A stretch of 64,000 nt of DNA from Octopus sinensis. Its lineage: Eukaryota. Where the stretch lies: positions 44,144,001 to 44,208,000 of the forward strand of contig NC_043014.1 in NCBI RefSeq assembly GCF_006345805.1, given 5' to 3'. Each line of letters opens with the position of its first letter. The stretch's first letter is position 1. Made by a program: the position numbers and the translations under genes. This document shows, piece by piece, positions 47,310-58,902 of the stretch. The notes under the pieces are model-generated. The model was not told the origin of the DNA. It did no database searches and worked only from the letters and a program-made list of their open reading frames with translations.

Positions 47310-48435
47310 GTAGAAGAGGAATTGAGACAGGTAAATTCATGTCCGGGCGCGGGTTGATTAGTTTTTTTCAACTATCACCTGAGGAGTAAGATCCGTCTGG
47401 AGAGGAAATTCCTGTCTCAAGGTATGTTCGGGAAAAGATGGACGCCTGTCGTAAGAATGATGCGAGAGGAAGGTGCCGAGCCGGTGTAGCCAGTCCGAAA
47501 GGGGGGGAAAAAAGGAAAAAAACAAAAGTGAAAAGAACCGGTCGATTGATTGGAACTCTAATCATTCGATTTCATATCAATTATATATTCTTATCGATTT
47601 CCGAATTTTATAAAATTTTTAAATTTCGCTTTATTTTTTGAATTTATACCGATTTAGAGAAGACTTTTGCGGATTCCATGGACAGCGAGGCTCACCAATG
47701 GAGAAGTTCTTAAGCAGATAAGGCCGAAAATGTCGCTAGAATCTGGGATCACCAAGCGTAGATTGGCACATTACGGTCATATTATGCGGAGAAAATCCCT
47801 GGAGAAGGACATCATGCTCGGAATGGTCAGTGGCAAGAGAGGAAGAGGCCGATCAAGAACCCGCTGGCTTGACACTATCAGGAGTGATACCGGAATGGAC
47901 ATGGCCAGTCTGAAGGAAGCGGCCCAGGATAGAACTGACTGGAAGACACTGATCCACGGTCATATTATGCGGAGAGAATCCCTGGAGAAGGACATCATGC
48001 TCAGAATGGTCAGTGGCAAGAGAGGAAGAGGCCGACCAAGAACCCGCTGGCTTGACACCATCAGGAGAGATAACGGAATGGACATGACCAATCTGAAGGA
48101 AGCGGCCCAGGATAGAACTGACTGGAGGACACTGATCCATGGAGTAACCGAGAGTCGACTTCGACTGAGCGGATAGAGAGAGATTGTAACATCGTTTTAT
48201 GTTGTGATGTCCTTGTTCGTCCCCTTCTATATAAGTCCTCAATAGACAAATAAAGAAAATGTTACTTTTTTACTATCATTTTCAGATATTATTCATATTA
48301 TCATATTTTAATTTGTTCTTCATGTGCATTTTCATGTTCATTCATTATATCATATTTTATTTTTTAATTGTTATATGTCCCCACATGTGTTGTAGTGTCC
48401 CCTCTGTATATTGCCTTTATGGCAAATTTAATAAA
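47310..48435 (+). mobile_element. Tx1-like LINE 3' remnant interrupted by an RTE element
   Basis: 47330-47470 translates RLERKFLSQGMFGKRW, homologous to 40510-40600. LINE-type tails resume at 48190-48435. Confidence 0.6.
47660..48185 (+). mobile_element. RTE-clade LINE 3' end with a 183-bp in-frame tandem duplication
   Basis: RIPWTARLTNGEVL..YGHIMRR.SLEKDIMLGMVSGKRGRGRPRTRWLDTI is a typical RTE ORF C-terminus. Confidence 0.85.
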
Positions 48436-48702
48436 ATAATGTAAAGTATAGAAGCCATCTTATCATGGCTAACCACATTGGGGGAGGGGGTGTTACTGTA
48501 GCTTTATAGCCCCAATAGATCGTCGTCTCTGCCCTTGAAGTATTTGCAAAGGGAGGCCATCCCTTTGCAAATACTTCAAGGGCACTGATATGGCGTCTAA
48601 AGCCAGCTAGAGACGACGATCTCTTGGGGCTATAAAGCTACAGTAACACCCCCTCCCCAATGTGGTTAGCCATGATAAGATGGCTTCTATACTTTACATT
48701 AT
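48436..48702. repeat. 267-bp near-perfect branched palindrome
   Basis: ~95-bp outer arms (48436-48530 and 48609-48702) plus an inner 24-bp stem (48531-48554 / 48560-48583). Confidence 0.9.
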
Positions 48703-49254
48703 CGAGCGATTACTGTTTCAATCTCACTCTGAGATTTAATTATGCTTAATAAAATAATGTTACTCTTTTACTAAGCCATAAAACATGACATGAAATGTTT
48801 CCAGTCTTGAAATTGAAACCAGGAGGTGTTTGCCGCTTGTCACGACTTTGCCTTTTGCTCTGCAACTCTCAAAAACATTTATAATATTGATTCTTGTGCC
48901 TAAGAACACAGACTTTATTAAGAAAGGGAAAGTGAGAGGATGTAGTGTTTATATATTTCAAACGGCATCTTGAAGCGTAAGTGAAGTTTGATATCGTCAA
49001 CAAAGAACTGAAACCGTATCGTGGATTTGAATGATTTGCATGCAAGAAATTTTGATTAATTAATGAAAATAAAAAAGATGAAAGTCGAAACTGATGGAAG
49101 AGTTTATTTAAGGTCACTTTTTTTTTTAATACAAGGCGAAATACAGTTGCATTTTAATCGTTTCTTCAGCAATAAATCCTAAACATGATGAAGTGTTGCT
49201 ATTTCGGAGAGAGGAAATTTTTCATGTAAGTTGGCTTCAAATCGGCAAAAGAAT

Positions 49255-50196
49255 ATGTCCCAAGAAATAATGGAGGGTTCAGAAAGAATAGAAGACTTTG
49301 AAAGAACAGATGATTCCGAAAGACTAGACGGTTCTGAACGGCTAGAAGGCGCTGAACGGCTGGAAGGTGCTGAACGGCTAGAAGACGCTGAGCGACTGGA
49401 AGGCGCTGAGCGACTGGAAGGCGCTGAGCGGCTGGAAGGCGGTGAACGGCTAGAAGGCGGTGAACGGCTAGAAGGCGGTGAACGGCTAGAAGGCGGTGAA
49501 CGGTTAGAAGACGCTGAACGGTTAGAAGACGCTGAACGGTTAGAAGACGCTGAACGGCTAGAAGGCGCTGAACTACTAGATTATTATGAAAGAATGGGAT
49601 ATTTTGGAACAATGGTGGATTCTGAAACAACTGATGGAGATGACCCTATGGATATTTTGAGCTTTGATCCAACTCGGAACCATATAATAATATACCCAGG
49701 GGATAGGAGGCCAATACGTCGTTCGTCATTTTCTTCCTATCTCGGTAGTGAGGAAAACATAGAAATGACTGCGCCAGGAGAATCTCCACAAAACCAACAA
49801 CAAAATAACAAGTATTCTAATCTCCACTGGCTCTATATAGTCGGTTATTTAGTGTTGGGTTTGGTCTGTCTATCCTGTGGCATTGTATATCTGTTGCAAA
49901 TCGTTCGCAATTTTAAAAATATGACTGAGATTTGGAGTTTTATTCTCGACATAGTTATATTGTGCAACTCGTTGGCAATCCTCTTCATTGTTTTCCCGGC
50001 TTCCAAGCGAAGAACGGTTTTCCCAAATCGCTCTCTTGTCCACTGTCTCCTATGTACTTTATTCAACCTGGTGTCTTCAACCATAATCTTCTATTATCAT
50101 TACGATTGGATAATGTCGGTTGTTCTTGTCAGTAGTATCATACTTTTGGTTCTGTTTACTCTACCGGGCACAAGATCGAATTTTACAGTGCTTTAA
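49255..50196 (+). CDS. Tetraspan family paralogue G8 (313 aa from the first ATG; frame open from 49231) with ERLEG(A/G) hexapeptide repeats
   Basis: RPIRRSSF..EENIEMTAPG, LHWLYIV, CNSLAIL, KRRTVFPNRSLVHCLLCTLFNLVSSTII. Confidence 0.85.
   Translation: MSQEIMEGSERIEDFERTDDSERLDGSERLEGAERLEGAERLEDAERLEGAERLEGAERLEGGERLEGGERLEGGERLEGGERLEDAERLEDAERLEDAERLEGAELLDYYERMGYFGTMVDSETTDGDDPMDILSFDPTRNHIIIYPGDRRPIRRSSFSSYLGSEENIEMTAPGESPQNQQQNNKYSNLHWLYIVGYLVLGLVCLSCGIVYLLQIVRNFKNMTEIWSFILDIVILCNSLAILFIVFPASKRRTVFPNRSLVHCLLCTLFNLVSSTIIFYYHYDWIMSVVLVSSIILLVLFTLPGTRSNFTVL
49300..49575 (+). repeat. Coding 18-bp tandem repeat (about 15 units) in G8
   Basis: GAACGGCTAGAAGGCGCT-type units. Confidence 0.92.
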
Positions 50197-50829
50197 AATC
50201 TATAACCAACTTCGACTTGATACATTCGATCTCTCTGGTTTCTTTCATCATTATTTTCTGTGTAGTCTGTCATAAATTTTAAATATTTCAGTTTATTTTT
50301 AATAATTGTAGATAAAACGTGACCTAATAACAGTGGCTACGCTGTTACAGATTAATTTTCTTTCCATTTTATTAATTTTAAAATTCTTTAATTTCATTGT
50401 CAATTTTTATCCATGTCATATTGAATTTTTTTCACCCTGAACTTTACAGAAAATTTTTAACACTTTACATAGTATAAGAAATGTATGATTTTAATCCTAA
50501 TATGCCTATTACATGAACATAGACCGACTTACAACAGATCTCATAACACATCCGAATAGCTACTACTGCGGAAAGGTCAAGATTCCCATCGCCATTCTGC
50601 AGACAGATCGTTAAGAAATAATTTTTAACTGACGCAAACCATCACTAGTTTCTTCGTACGAAGATATGTCACCACTTATTGTCTTCTAATGAAGTTCTTC
50701 ACGACTGGTGTCTAAAAGTTGACATTTTACTTTGATAGCCTCAAACACGCATTTCTTTGATAAGATACTGGAAGGATAAAGGATATAGCGTTCATATAAT
50801 TTTCATTTTCAAGGAATAAATTTTCAATG

Positions 50830-51780
50830 GCAGTTGAACTTTGAATAGAAAACGAGTCGGATTCGAACGTCTTGCATGCAAGCAACTGTGATTGACTACA
50901 GAAAGAAAAGTGAAGAATAGTTCGTTTAAGACGATAATTTTTTCTTCTTATAAATTACAAAAACAAGGAAACCAATTGTCTCCCTACTACAAAACATGGT
51001 TAAATGTTGAAGTGGAGAAAGTTTTTCATTTCGTTTAAAGTATATAAGGAAGATAATTTCCTCAGAAATAACAAACGATTATGTTGGAGCTTATACTCCA
51101 ACGAAGTACATTAACATTGCAAGTACCAGATCTTTTCAGTTTGAACGGCAGTTTTTTTCTAGAGGTGTCATATGAAATTGTCACCCATAATTATGACCCT
51201 AGTATCGATCTATTGCATTTCAATCTGTTTTAGGGTTAGGGGTGGGGGAAGGGTATCCTTTTTTCTTCAGAAATGTAAATAAACCCAATCTGTTTCTTAC
51301 ACGAGGGACATATTCATACGGCACAGAATGTTTTTTTTTTTTACCTCAATAGACGTCACTGATTGGTAGAAATTGAAGAAGAAAAAACTACAAATATCTT
51401 ACAAACTATAGAATTTTCTCAATAAAGCCAAGAGAAAAAGATGTTTTATAAACACATTCTACCAGTATACGAAGTTTAAAATTTTTTAGTTACGAGGAAA
51501 TTGTTAAAAACTGCCGTTCAAACCGAAAAGATCCGAGAAAGTTTTTCATTTCGTTTAAAGTATATAAGGAAGATAATTTCCTCAGAAATAACAAACGATT
51601 ATGTTGGAGCTTATACCCCAACGAAGTACATTAACATATTGCAAGTACCTACATTTCACTAAAAACCTTGAATGATTTTATGTCCATACTATTCTCTTAA
51701 TCGTACTCTACCTTGTGGCAAGCGAGCTCAAACTAGTGATCGGGGCTATGCTGCAAGAGCAACGTTACTTCCCAAACTAT
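50830..51780 (+). pseudogene. Type-II remnant, interrupted by a MITE and a 113-bp duplication
   Basis: Degenerate upstream block (TGCATGCAAGC..GATTGAC..GAATAGTTCGTTTAAG) and the body motif CTCTTAATCGTACTCTACCTTGTGGCAAGCGAGCTC..GGCTATGCTGC. Confidence 0.55.
51128..51534. mobile_element. Merlin-type MITE flanked by a ~113-bp direct duplication
   Basis: TIRs present; 51015-51127 is repeated at 51535-51649. Confidence 0.85.
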
Positions 51781-52397
51781 TTATCTCTTTTGCCTGTGGC
51801 GGTTCTTTATCAGTATAAACCCTCATTCACAATATATGTAAATCCATCCGGTTTTTCACACTGTATGTAAGAAGCGAGTTTGTACCCTGAATGTCCCTTG
51901 TCTGTCCTTGTAATGTCCCCTCTATGTAAAACCTTTATAGGTAAATTTAGAAATATCTTTCTCAGTATAAAAACTTCGTTACCCACCACCACATTTCAAC
52001 TTTCCACCCGGGAGTAGCCTGATCCCGGTTTCGGATTACTCTTGCACTGTTCACATCCCACCACCCGCTTCTCTGATTTCCCTAAAATGATAAATTCTAA
52101 CGCTTATGTGTATAGCATTAAACACGTATAACTTTCAAGATTGTAAGCCGACCTTAAAGTGTAAACATAAAGATATTGGAATTCAAATATCATAACATTT
52201 TTCGATGATGCTTCAAAAAAAATATTGAACATGAAGGATTCTAAGTCGGCAATTTTTTTTTGTTTAAATAAAGACATTTTTTCCTCCTGTAAATGTTTCG
52301 TTTGTGTTTGAAGTGTGTAAATATATATTTTGTTTGCATTTGGAAGCATTTGTTTTACTTAATAATAACTTAAAATCGTTATTTCAGTTCAAATGTA

Positions 52398-53024
52398 GGA
52401 TATTTTCCTTTTGAACGGCAGACAATTTCTAGTTAACTAAACACTTTAAAACTTCGTATACTGGTAGAATGTGTCAAAATAAAACATTTTTTTCTCTTGG
52501 CTTTCTTGAGAAAATTGTAATTTGTTTGTTTAACGTAGTTTAATTTTTCGAATTTTAACAAATCCTATGCTCTCTTTTGAGCTAAAATCATTTGCTGCAT
52601 CTAAAACTGAGACAACATCCTGTAACTAATCCTCAACCTCCCCCGTAACCCTAATTTTTTTTTCTTAATTGTTAAATTAATTTAATTGTCACACGTGTAA
52701 AAAAAACTAAAACAATGGAATTAAATTAATTTAACAATTAAGAAAAAAAATTTAGGGTTAGGGGGGAGGTTTAGGGTTAGTTACAGGATGTTGTCTCAGT
52801 TTTAGACGCAGCAAATGATTTTAGTTGGATGGAGGTAATCGATTAGTTAAAATTGCCGAAATGCTCGGATTTTCAGACGAAATATCTTACGAACTATAGA
52901 ATTTTCTCAATAAAACCAAGAGAAAATGATGTTTTATAAACACATTCTACCAGTATACGAAGTTTAAAAGTGTTTAGTTAACTAGAAATTGTGTTGACAT
53001 CTGCCGTTCAAAAGGAAAAGATCC
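52398..53024. mobile_element. 627-bp fold-back Merlin-type MITE
   Basis: Long inverted arms, ends GGATATTTTCC..GAACGGCAG / CTGCCGTTC..GGAAAAGATCC, and 8-bp TSD CAAATGTA. Confidence 0.85.
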
Positions 53025-53117
53025 CAAATGTATTAGAGATAAAAATGTAATCATATATATTTATATATTCCAAATGCGATCGAAATAAATATCTTACGTG
53101 TATATATATACATAAAA

Positions 53118-53500
53118 GGGGGTGCAATGGCCCAGTGGTTAGGGCAGCGGACTCGCGGTCATAGGATCGCGGTTTCGATTCCCAGACCGGGCGTTGTGAG
53201 TGTTTATTAAGCGAAAACACCTAAAAGCTCCACGAGGCTCCGGCAGGGGATGGTGGTGATCCCTGCTGTACTCTTTCACCACAACTTTCTCTCACTCTTA
53301 CTTCCTGTTTCTGTTGTACCTGTATTTCAAAGGGCCGGCCTTGTCACTCTCTGTGTCACGCTGAATATTCCCCGAGAACTACGTTAAGGGTACACGTGTC
53401 TGTGGAGTGCTCAGTCACTTACACGTTAATTTCACGAGCAGGCTGTTCCGTTGATCGGATCAACCGGAACCCTCATCGTCGTAACCGACGGAGTGCTTCT
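53118..53500 (+). mobile_element. SINE family B
   Basis: Full copy with TSD ATACATAAAAGG. Confidence 0.85.
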
Positions 53501-53689
53501 TCATACATAAAAGGACGGAAATGATTACCAAAAAAGGAAACCAACCAGCGGGTTAGTTCGCTAACCTGTAAAACAGTGATAAATTAACATCTATATTTTT
53601 AACCTCACATTATCCGTCATACATATCTATAAACCTATTCGTTTTTAATCTTTTGTAAAGAGTGTGTCTGACCCTTATATGTTCCTTGT

Positions 53690-53835
53690 CCCCGAGGTCA
53701 ACTTTGCCTTTCATCCTTTCGGGGTCGATAAATAAAGTACCAGTTTCGCACTGGGGTCGATGTAATCGACTTAATCCCTTTGTCTGTCCTTGTTTGTTCC
53801 CTCTATGTTTAGCCCCTTGTGGGCAGTAAAGAAAT
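53690..53835 (+). mobile_element. SINE family A, 5'-truncated
   Basis: Core and tail, with the duplication TATATGTTCCTTGT. Confidence 0.8.
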
Positions 53836-53969
53836 ATATATGTTCCTTGTTTGTCCTTTTTATATTCAGCAACCAATTGTGATATGCTTTTACCAAATTT
53901 TTGCAGTTTTTTCAGCTACAACCAATTTAGTGGAAGTTCTAATCCTTTCTCCGAGATTTACATGTGATT

Positions 53970-55560
53970 TTATTACTACCCACAAGGGGCGAACATAGAG
54001 GGGACAATACAATCGAGGAACTTAAAATAAGAAAGCGAAATGACAAGAAAAGGAAAAAAATAAAAGTAAAAAATGACATATGAAAGAATATTTACAATGA
54101 GATGTAAATGCCCACTCGATCCCCGAAATCGAGAGGTTACATTTTCGTCACATATATTTCACAATATTTTCTTTTTTCTCTTCTTTCTTCTCTCTCTTCT
54201 CACAATTTTATACGTATTCCATAATACCTTTCAAGTCTCTAAAGTCAATCACTGAGCCCTCAGGCAGCCGCTCTTTCATTCGAACACCCGTGTAAAAAAT
54301 TACACTCTCTCCGGCAGCTCTGAGGAACTCAGCGACTCTTTCTTCGGGGATCAGAGCAGTCTCCTGCCACTGATCAGTCATCCTGTTGACCCACACATGT
54401 CCCTCCGTACTACATGTCAATTCCTTCATTTCAGGGCTGAAATGGAAGGTTATTAACTTGTAGTAATCTTGTTTCCGTCCTACGTTTTCCCTCGTTTTTC
54501 TTTTCGGGCTTATTTCTTCCTTGTTCTCCTCTCTTTGTTTCTCTCTTTCTCTCTTTTTGCTTTCTTTTCTTTCTTCTTCCTTCTCTTGTTTTTTTCCTGT
54601 TGTTTCTTTTTCCTTTTTCTTTTCCTGACTCTGTTTTGGTTCTATTTCTTTCTTTTCTTTTATTTCTTTTTCTTTCGTTGACTTATTATTTCCTTTCTCT
54701 TGTTGTTTTGTCTCCTTTTCTATGTTTTCTTTTTCATTTACCGTATTCTTCCTTTCTTCAAGTTCCTGCTCGTACTCCGCTATGAATTCGTATAGCGGGC
54801 ACTCTTTTTTAATGTGCCCCCTTGTCCCGCACAAGTAGCAGTTTGGCTTTCTTCCCTCTGCAATTACACTGAGGGTTTTCTCGTCTTCGATTTCTATTCT
54901 GTAGGGGAACCTTTCAATGTCTCTTTTGTGGCCATCAAACACAGTTCTACCCCATATCCTCTCCAGTTTACTGCGTTGGACTCCTTAAAGGATTCCACCT
55001 CCACTTCCTCTTCTGCTGCTCCAGAATAGCTGTTGCCAGCCACTCTGTTTTTATTTCTGGGGGTATATTCGGGATTTTAACCCGGACCCTCTTCTTCCCT
55101 TGTATGAGGGCCACATTGTAAAATTTTCGGCTCTTAGTACAGTGGAAGCCAGTGAGGCTGCAATTTCTTCCGTTGCACATCTCACCTCCACCGTACCAAA
55201 TTTCTTGCCTCTACTCACATAGGTCGATTTTTGCATTATGTCTCCCAGACATTTTTCAATTTCGGCTATCTCCACTCTAGCCAGCTTCTTCGTATTTTTG
55301 TCTTGGGTTCTATACGTCACTGTCTTGCTTTCCTTGTCCTCTTTTGCTTTCGCGGGGGGGATTAGCTTCACGCTATCACCCTCCCTTCTGAAGAGCTTTT
55401 CATATTCTTTGAGTTTACTCTTCTCAAAGAAAACATCCTTCACGATTATCGACGAATCATTTTTTTTTCCCGTGACCCCCGCGTAAGTCGCCATGACTAG
55501 AGGGTCAATTCACCTTCTTCGGAAGGTTTCCACACGTAGAGGCAAACGCCTCGCGCGATA
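53970..55560 (-). mobile_element. ORF1-only element, diverged subfamily C, frameshifted
   Basis: Three overlapping frames (55051-55494, 54968-55180, 54208-54942) rebuild an ORF1 with TYAGV, RGKKFGTVEV, RVKIPNIPP and CYLCGTRGHIKKECP. A ~240-bp UTR and the GCCCCTTGTGGGTAGTAATAA tail follow. Confidence 0.75.
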
Positions 55561-55999
55561 TAAAATCAATTTACACAGAACAAAATTTCACTGTCTAGTC
55601 ACAGATAACAACACGTATATAGCTTGGAGCCACGTGTTCATCCGAGATTTACATGTGTTCCCTAACACATACACACGCACATACAAAAATCACAATTGCT
55701 CATACATTAATATCTCCTTTGACAGAAACCTCACAAGTTTTTCTGTAATTTATAAATATATCTTATTAGTAGTAATAAGTTAAAAGAAAAAAAATTTATG
55801 AAATAATAAAAATGACACTAGCTAGCGGGATCCGTGAATATTTCATGGAATTAATGGTAAACTTATTAGGTTGTTTCTGAAAAGATTATCCAAAAAAAGA
55901 AAAAAATCTGAAAACGTCGCCTGTGTCGTGTCTGTATAAAAAAAATAGTCGCTAATCTGCTAATCACACAAGGGGAAGGAAATTGGAATACGATGATTG

Positions 56000-56660
56000 C
56001 TTAATGCACTTTATATAGCTTGTTTACGAACCACATAGTTCCGGGTTCAGTCCCACTGCGTGGAACCTTGGGCAAATGTCTTCTACTATAGCCTCGGGCT
56101 GACTAAAGCCTTGTGAGTGAAATTGGTAGACGGAAACTGAAAGAAGCCCGTCGTATATATACATGTGTGTGTGTGTGTTTGTCCCCCCAACATCGCTTGA
56201 CAACCGATGCTGGTGTGTTTATGTCCTGTAACTTAGAGGTTTCAACAAAAGAGACTGATAGAATAAGTACTAGGCTTGCGAAGAATAAATCCTGGAGTCG
56301 ATTTGCTCCAGCATGGTCACAGTCAAATGACTGAAGCAAGTAAAAGAGTAAAAGTATATATATATACATACATATATATATATATACATACACATGGAGG
56401 CGCAATGGCCCAGTGGTTAGGGCAGCGGACTCGCGGTCGGAGGATCGCGATTTCGATTCCCAGACCGGGCGTTGTGTGTGTTTATTGAGCGAAAACATCT
56501 AAAGTTCCCCGAGGCTCCGGCAGGGGGTGCTGGCGAGTACTCTTTCGCCGCAACTTTCTCTCACTCTTTCTTCTGTTGGCCTGCTCGCTTAGCTAAAACA
56601 ATGCGAAGCGCATTGGGACCAGCGATGTGTACCAACATCTGATAGCCTGGTCGGTCACGG
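56000..56660 (+). mobile_element. SINE family C (56000-56350) followed by SINE family B (56397-56660)
   Basis: Diagnostic heads and tails. Confidence 0.8.
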
Positions 56661-57149
56661 TGAAAAACATACACACACACTTTGTTATACTTTATGCATA
56701 ATTTTATAGATTTATAATACTCAATACTCCTTTCCCTCTTTTTACTTTCACCTTTCCCCTTCCACTAGTCACGTGAAAGCGTTACAGACTTAGTTAAAAA
56801 AAAAAGAATTACACATTTCACTCACCACCGCCATTTTGAATAGTCAAAGGCTTAAGTTAATTATAGTACTAAAAAAAAATCTATAGCGGTACATTTCCCC
56901 ATTTTTTTTTTTTTTTTTTTTTATTGGCTTTACAGACAGTCACGTAAGTCGTTGCTGTGTTAACCAAAGAGAATTGATTCACATTTTTTCAACAGACGTC
57001 GTGTTACCAATTTCACTGGAATTATTGGGCTGCAAAGGTACCAATTTTAGTTGAAAGAATTTCATGTATTCATTTTTGGAACGTCTGACGTTCGCTATTT
57101 CTCCCTGCTTTTAGATGTCAGTCCCTGATGCGACACTGGGAATGGGGGA

Positions 57150-57610
57150 GAGACTAGATGGGACGACGTTGCCTTTGCTGCATAGCTCTGATCACTGACT
57201 GAAGCTCTCTTACCACAAGATGGAGTACTATTAAGAGAGTGATTGTCACAAATCATTCAATGCTCTTAGTAAGATGTAGGTACTTGTATTTTTGTTGATA
57301 TACGTCCCAGGGTCATTTCTAACAGTTCTTACAGAATCGTCTCTTATTTCTAAAGATTTTTTTTTCTCTCGGATTTCAAATGCAAAGTACATGAAAAAAT
57401 TTGTCTCAACGTTTGACCAGGGTTTTGTATTTATTCGGAAGAAACAATAGGGTGTGGGGTTAAACTGATTTCCTTTATTTTCAATGAAAATTAATCATCT
57501 TAATTGAATTGTTTCGTAGTTTCTACTTTACACATTTTTCTTTCTCCAGTCGGTCTTGCATGCAGGACATTCGAATTCACAACGTGGTTTCAATTTTTAG
57601 TGTGGAAACA
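57150..57610 (-). pseudogene. Type-II remnant
   Basis: The minus strand has AAAATTGAAACCACG..CTGCATGCAAG, GACGATTCTGTAAGAACTG and CTCTTAATAGTACTCCATCTTGTGGTAAGAGAGCTT. Confidence 0.6.
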
Positions 57611-57689
57611 AAAATAAAAATTTCACAAATGGTTCTAATGCCCTTGGAAATTATGAACACTATCGTTCCAGAAAGTAATGTCCATTCAA

Positions 57690-58100
57690 AGTATCATTAC
57701 AAGGTGTTTTGAGATTATCAGAGCAAAATTTCTTGATGTCAGACGTAAAGCGCTTCGACGACGCCGTGGTGATCTCATTCTTGCTCACAACATCATAAGC
57801 GGAAAGTGTAACCTCTCGAAAGAGCTGTTCTTCACTCCTGCTCCAGAGCGTCGGCTGCGGGGTCATTCTGAAAAGCTCTATCTGCGACGATTTCATCTCA
57901 ATCGAAGGAGAGGGGCTTTCTCCGTCCGGGTTGCGGAACCGTGGAATAAGCTGCTGGACGAGATAGTGAAGATGCCGACGACCGCTCGGTTCAAAGTCTC
58001 CCTTGACCACAAATGGCCTGAACTCTTTGCATGAACACCCTCCCTGTACATAACTCCATGTCCCCCTACAAGGCCTTACTTTTTGCTTTTTGAGCCAAAA
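57690..58100 (+). mobile_element. CR1/Jockey-group LINE 3' end
   Basis: RRRRGDLI..RGHSEKL..RRGAFSVRVAEPWNKL motif set. Confidence 0.8.
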
Positions 58101-58399
58101 AATTAACTAACTAACTAACATTTGCAGATAAAACCTTGTGCTGCCGTGAGCGATCTGAAGAAATGAGTGATAGTTTGCATCGGTAAAAATGATTTTGGAG
58201 GGTCTACCTGTAGTACGAAGACAGGAATTCGGACGGTTCGAACAAGGAATTCTTCCATCTCTGTATAATGTTGGTTCTTGGGGTTTATTAGATTGGTTAC
58301 AGGTGGATTTGGATTCTGGGTTTTGTGTGGTAGGCATTTCTTACTTTATGCGAAGTGTTACCGATTTCCTGTGAAATTCAGGACGTAAAAATTCACGTC

Positions 58400-58700
58400 G
58401 CTGTATGGTAAGAAGTTCGCTTCTCGACCACTTGGTCCCGGGTTCAGTCCCACGACGTGACATCTTGGGAAAGTGTCTACTATAATCTCGGGCCGACCAA
58501 AACCTCGTGAATGGATTTGGTAGACGGAAACTGAAAGAAGCCCGTAGTGTGTGTCACCACCGCTTGACGACTAGAGTCGATCTGTTTACGCATCCGTAAC
58601 TTAGCGGTTCGGCTAAAGAGACCGTTGGAATAAGTACTAGGCTTTAAAAATAAGTATAATGTGGTGCTCCAGAATGAGCGCAGTCTAATGACTGAATCAA
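58400..58700 (+). mobile_element. SINE family C, diverged
   Basis: Head, GGATTTGGTAGACGGAAACTGAAAGAAGCC body and tail. Confidence 0.75.
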
Positions 58701-58902
58701 GTAAAATATAATGTAGAGAAGATATTACAATTATTGAAAAATTAAAATTAAATCTCTAATACTCCTCTGTAATTAAAATTTTAAGTTGCATTTTATCTGC
58801 AATTATGTTTTTAAAGCAATAAAAATATTTAAAAGTTATAGCCATCTACATTGAAAAGTACTAAAAAGAAGCGTGAACGATTGCATGTAGAAAGGGGCGA
58901 AG

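Noticed and set aside
53118-53200. tRNA genes
   Set aside because: All tRNA-like segments are SINE heads continuous with SINE bodies and flanked by TSDs.
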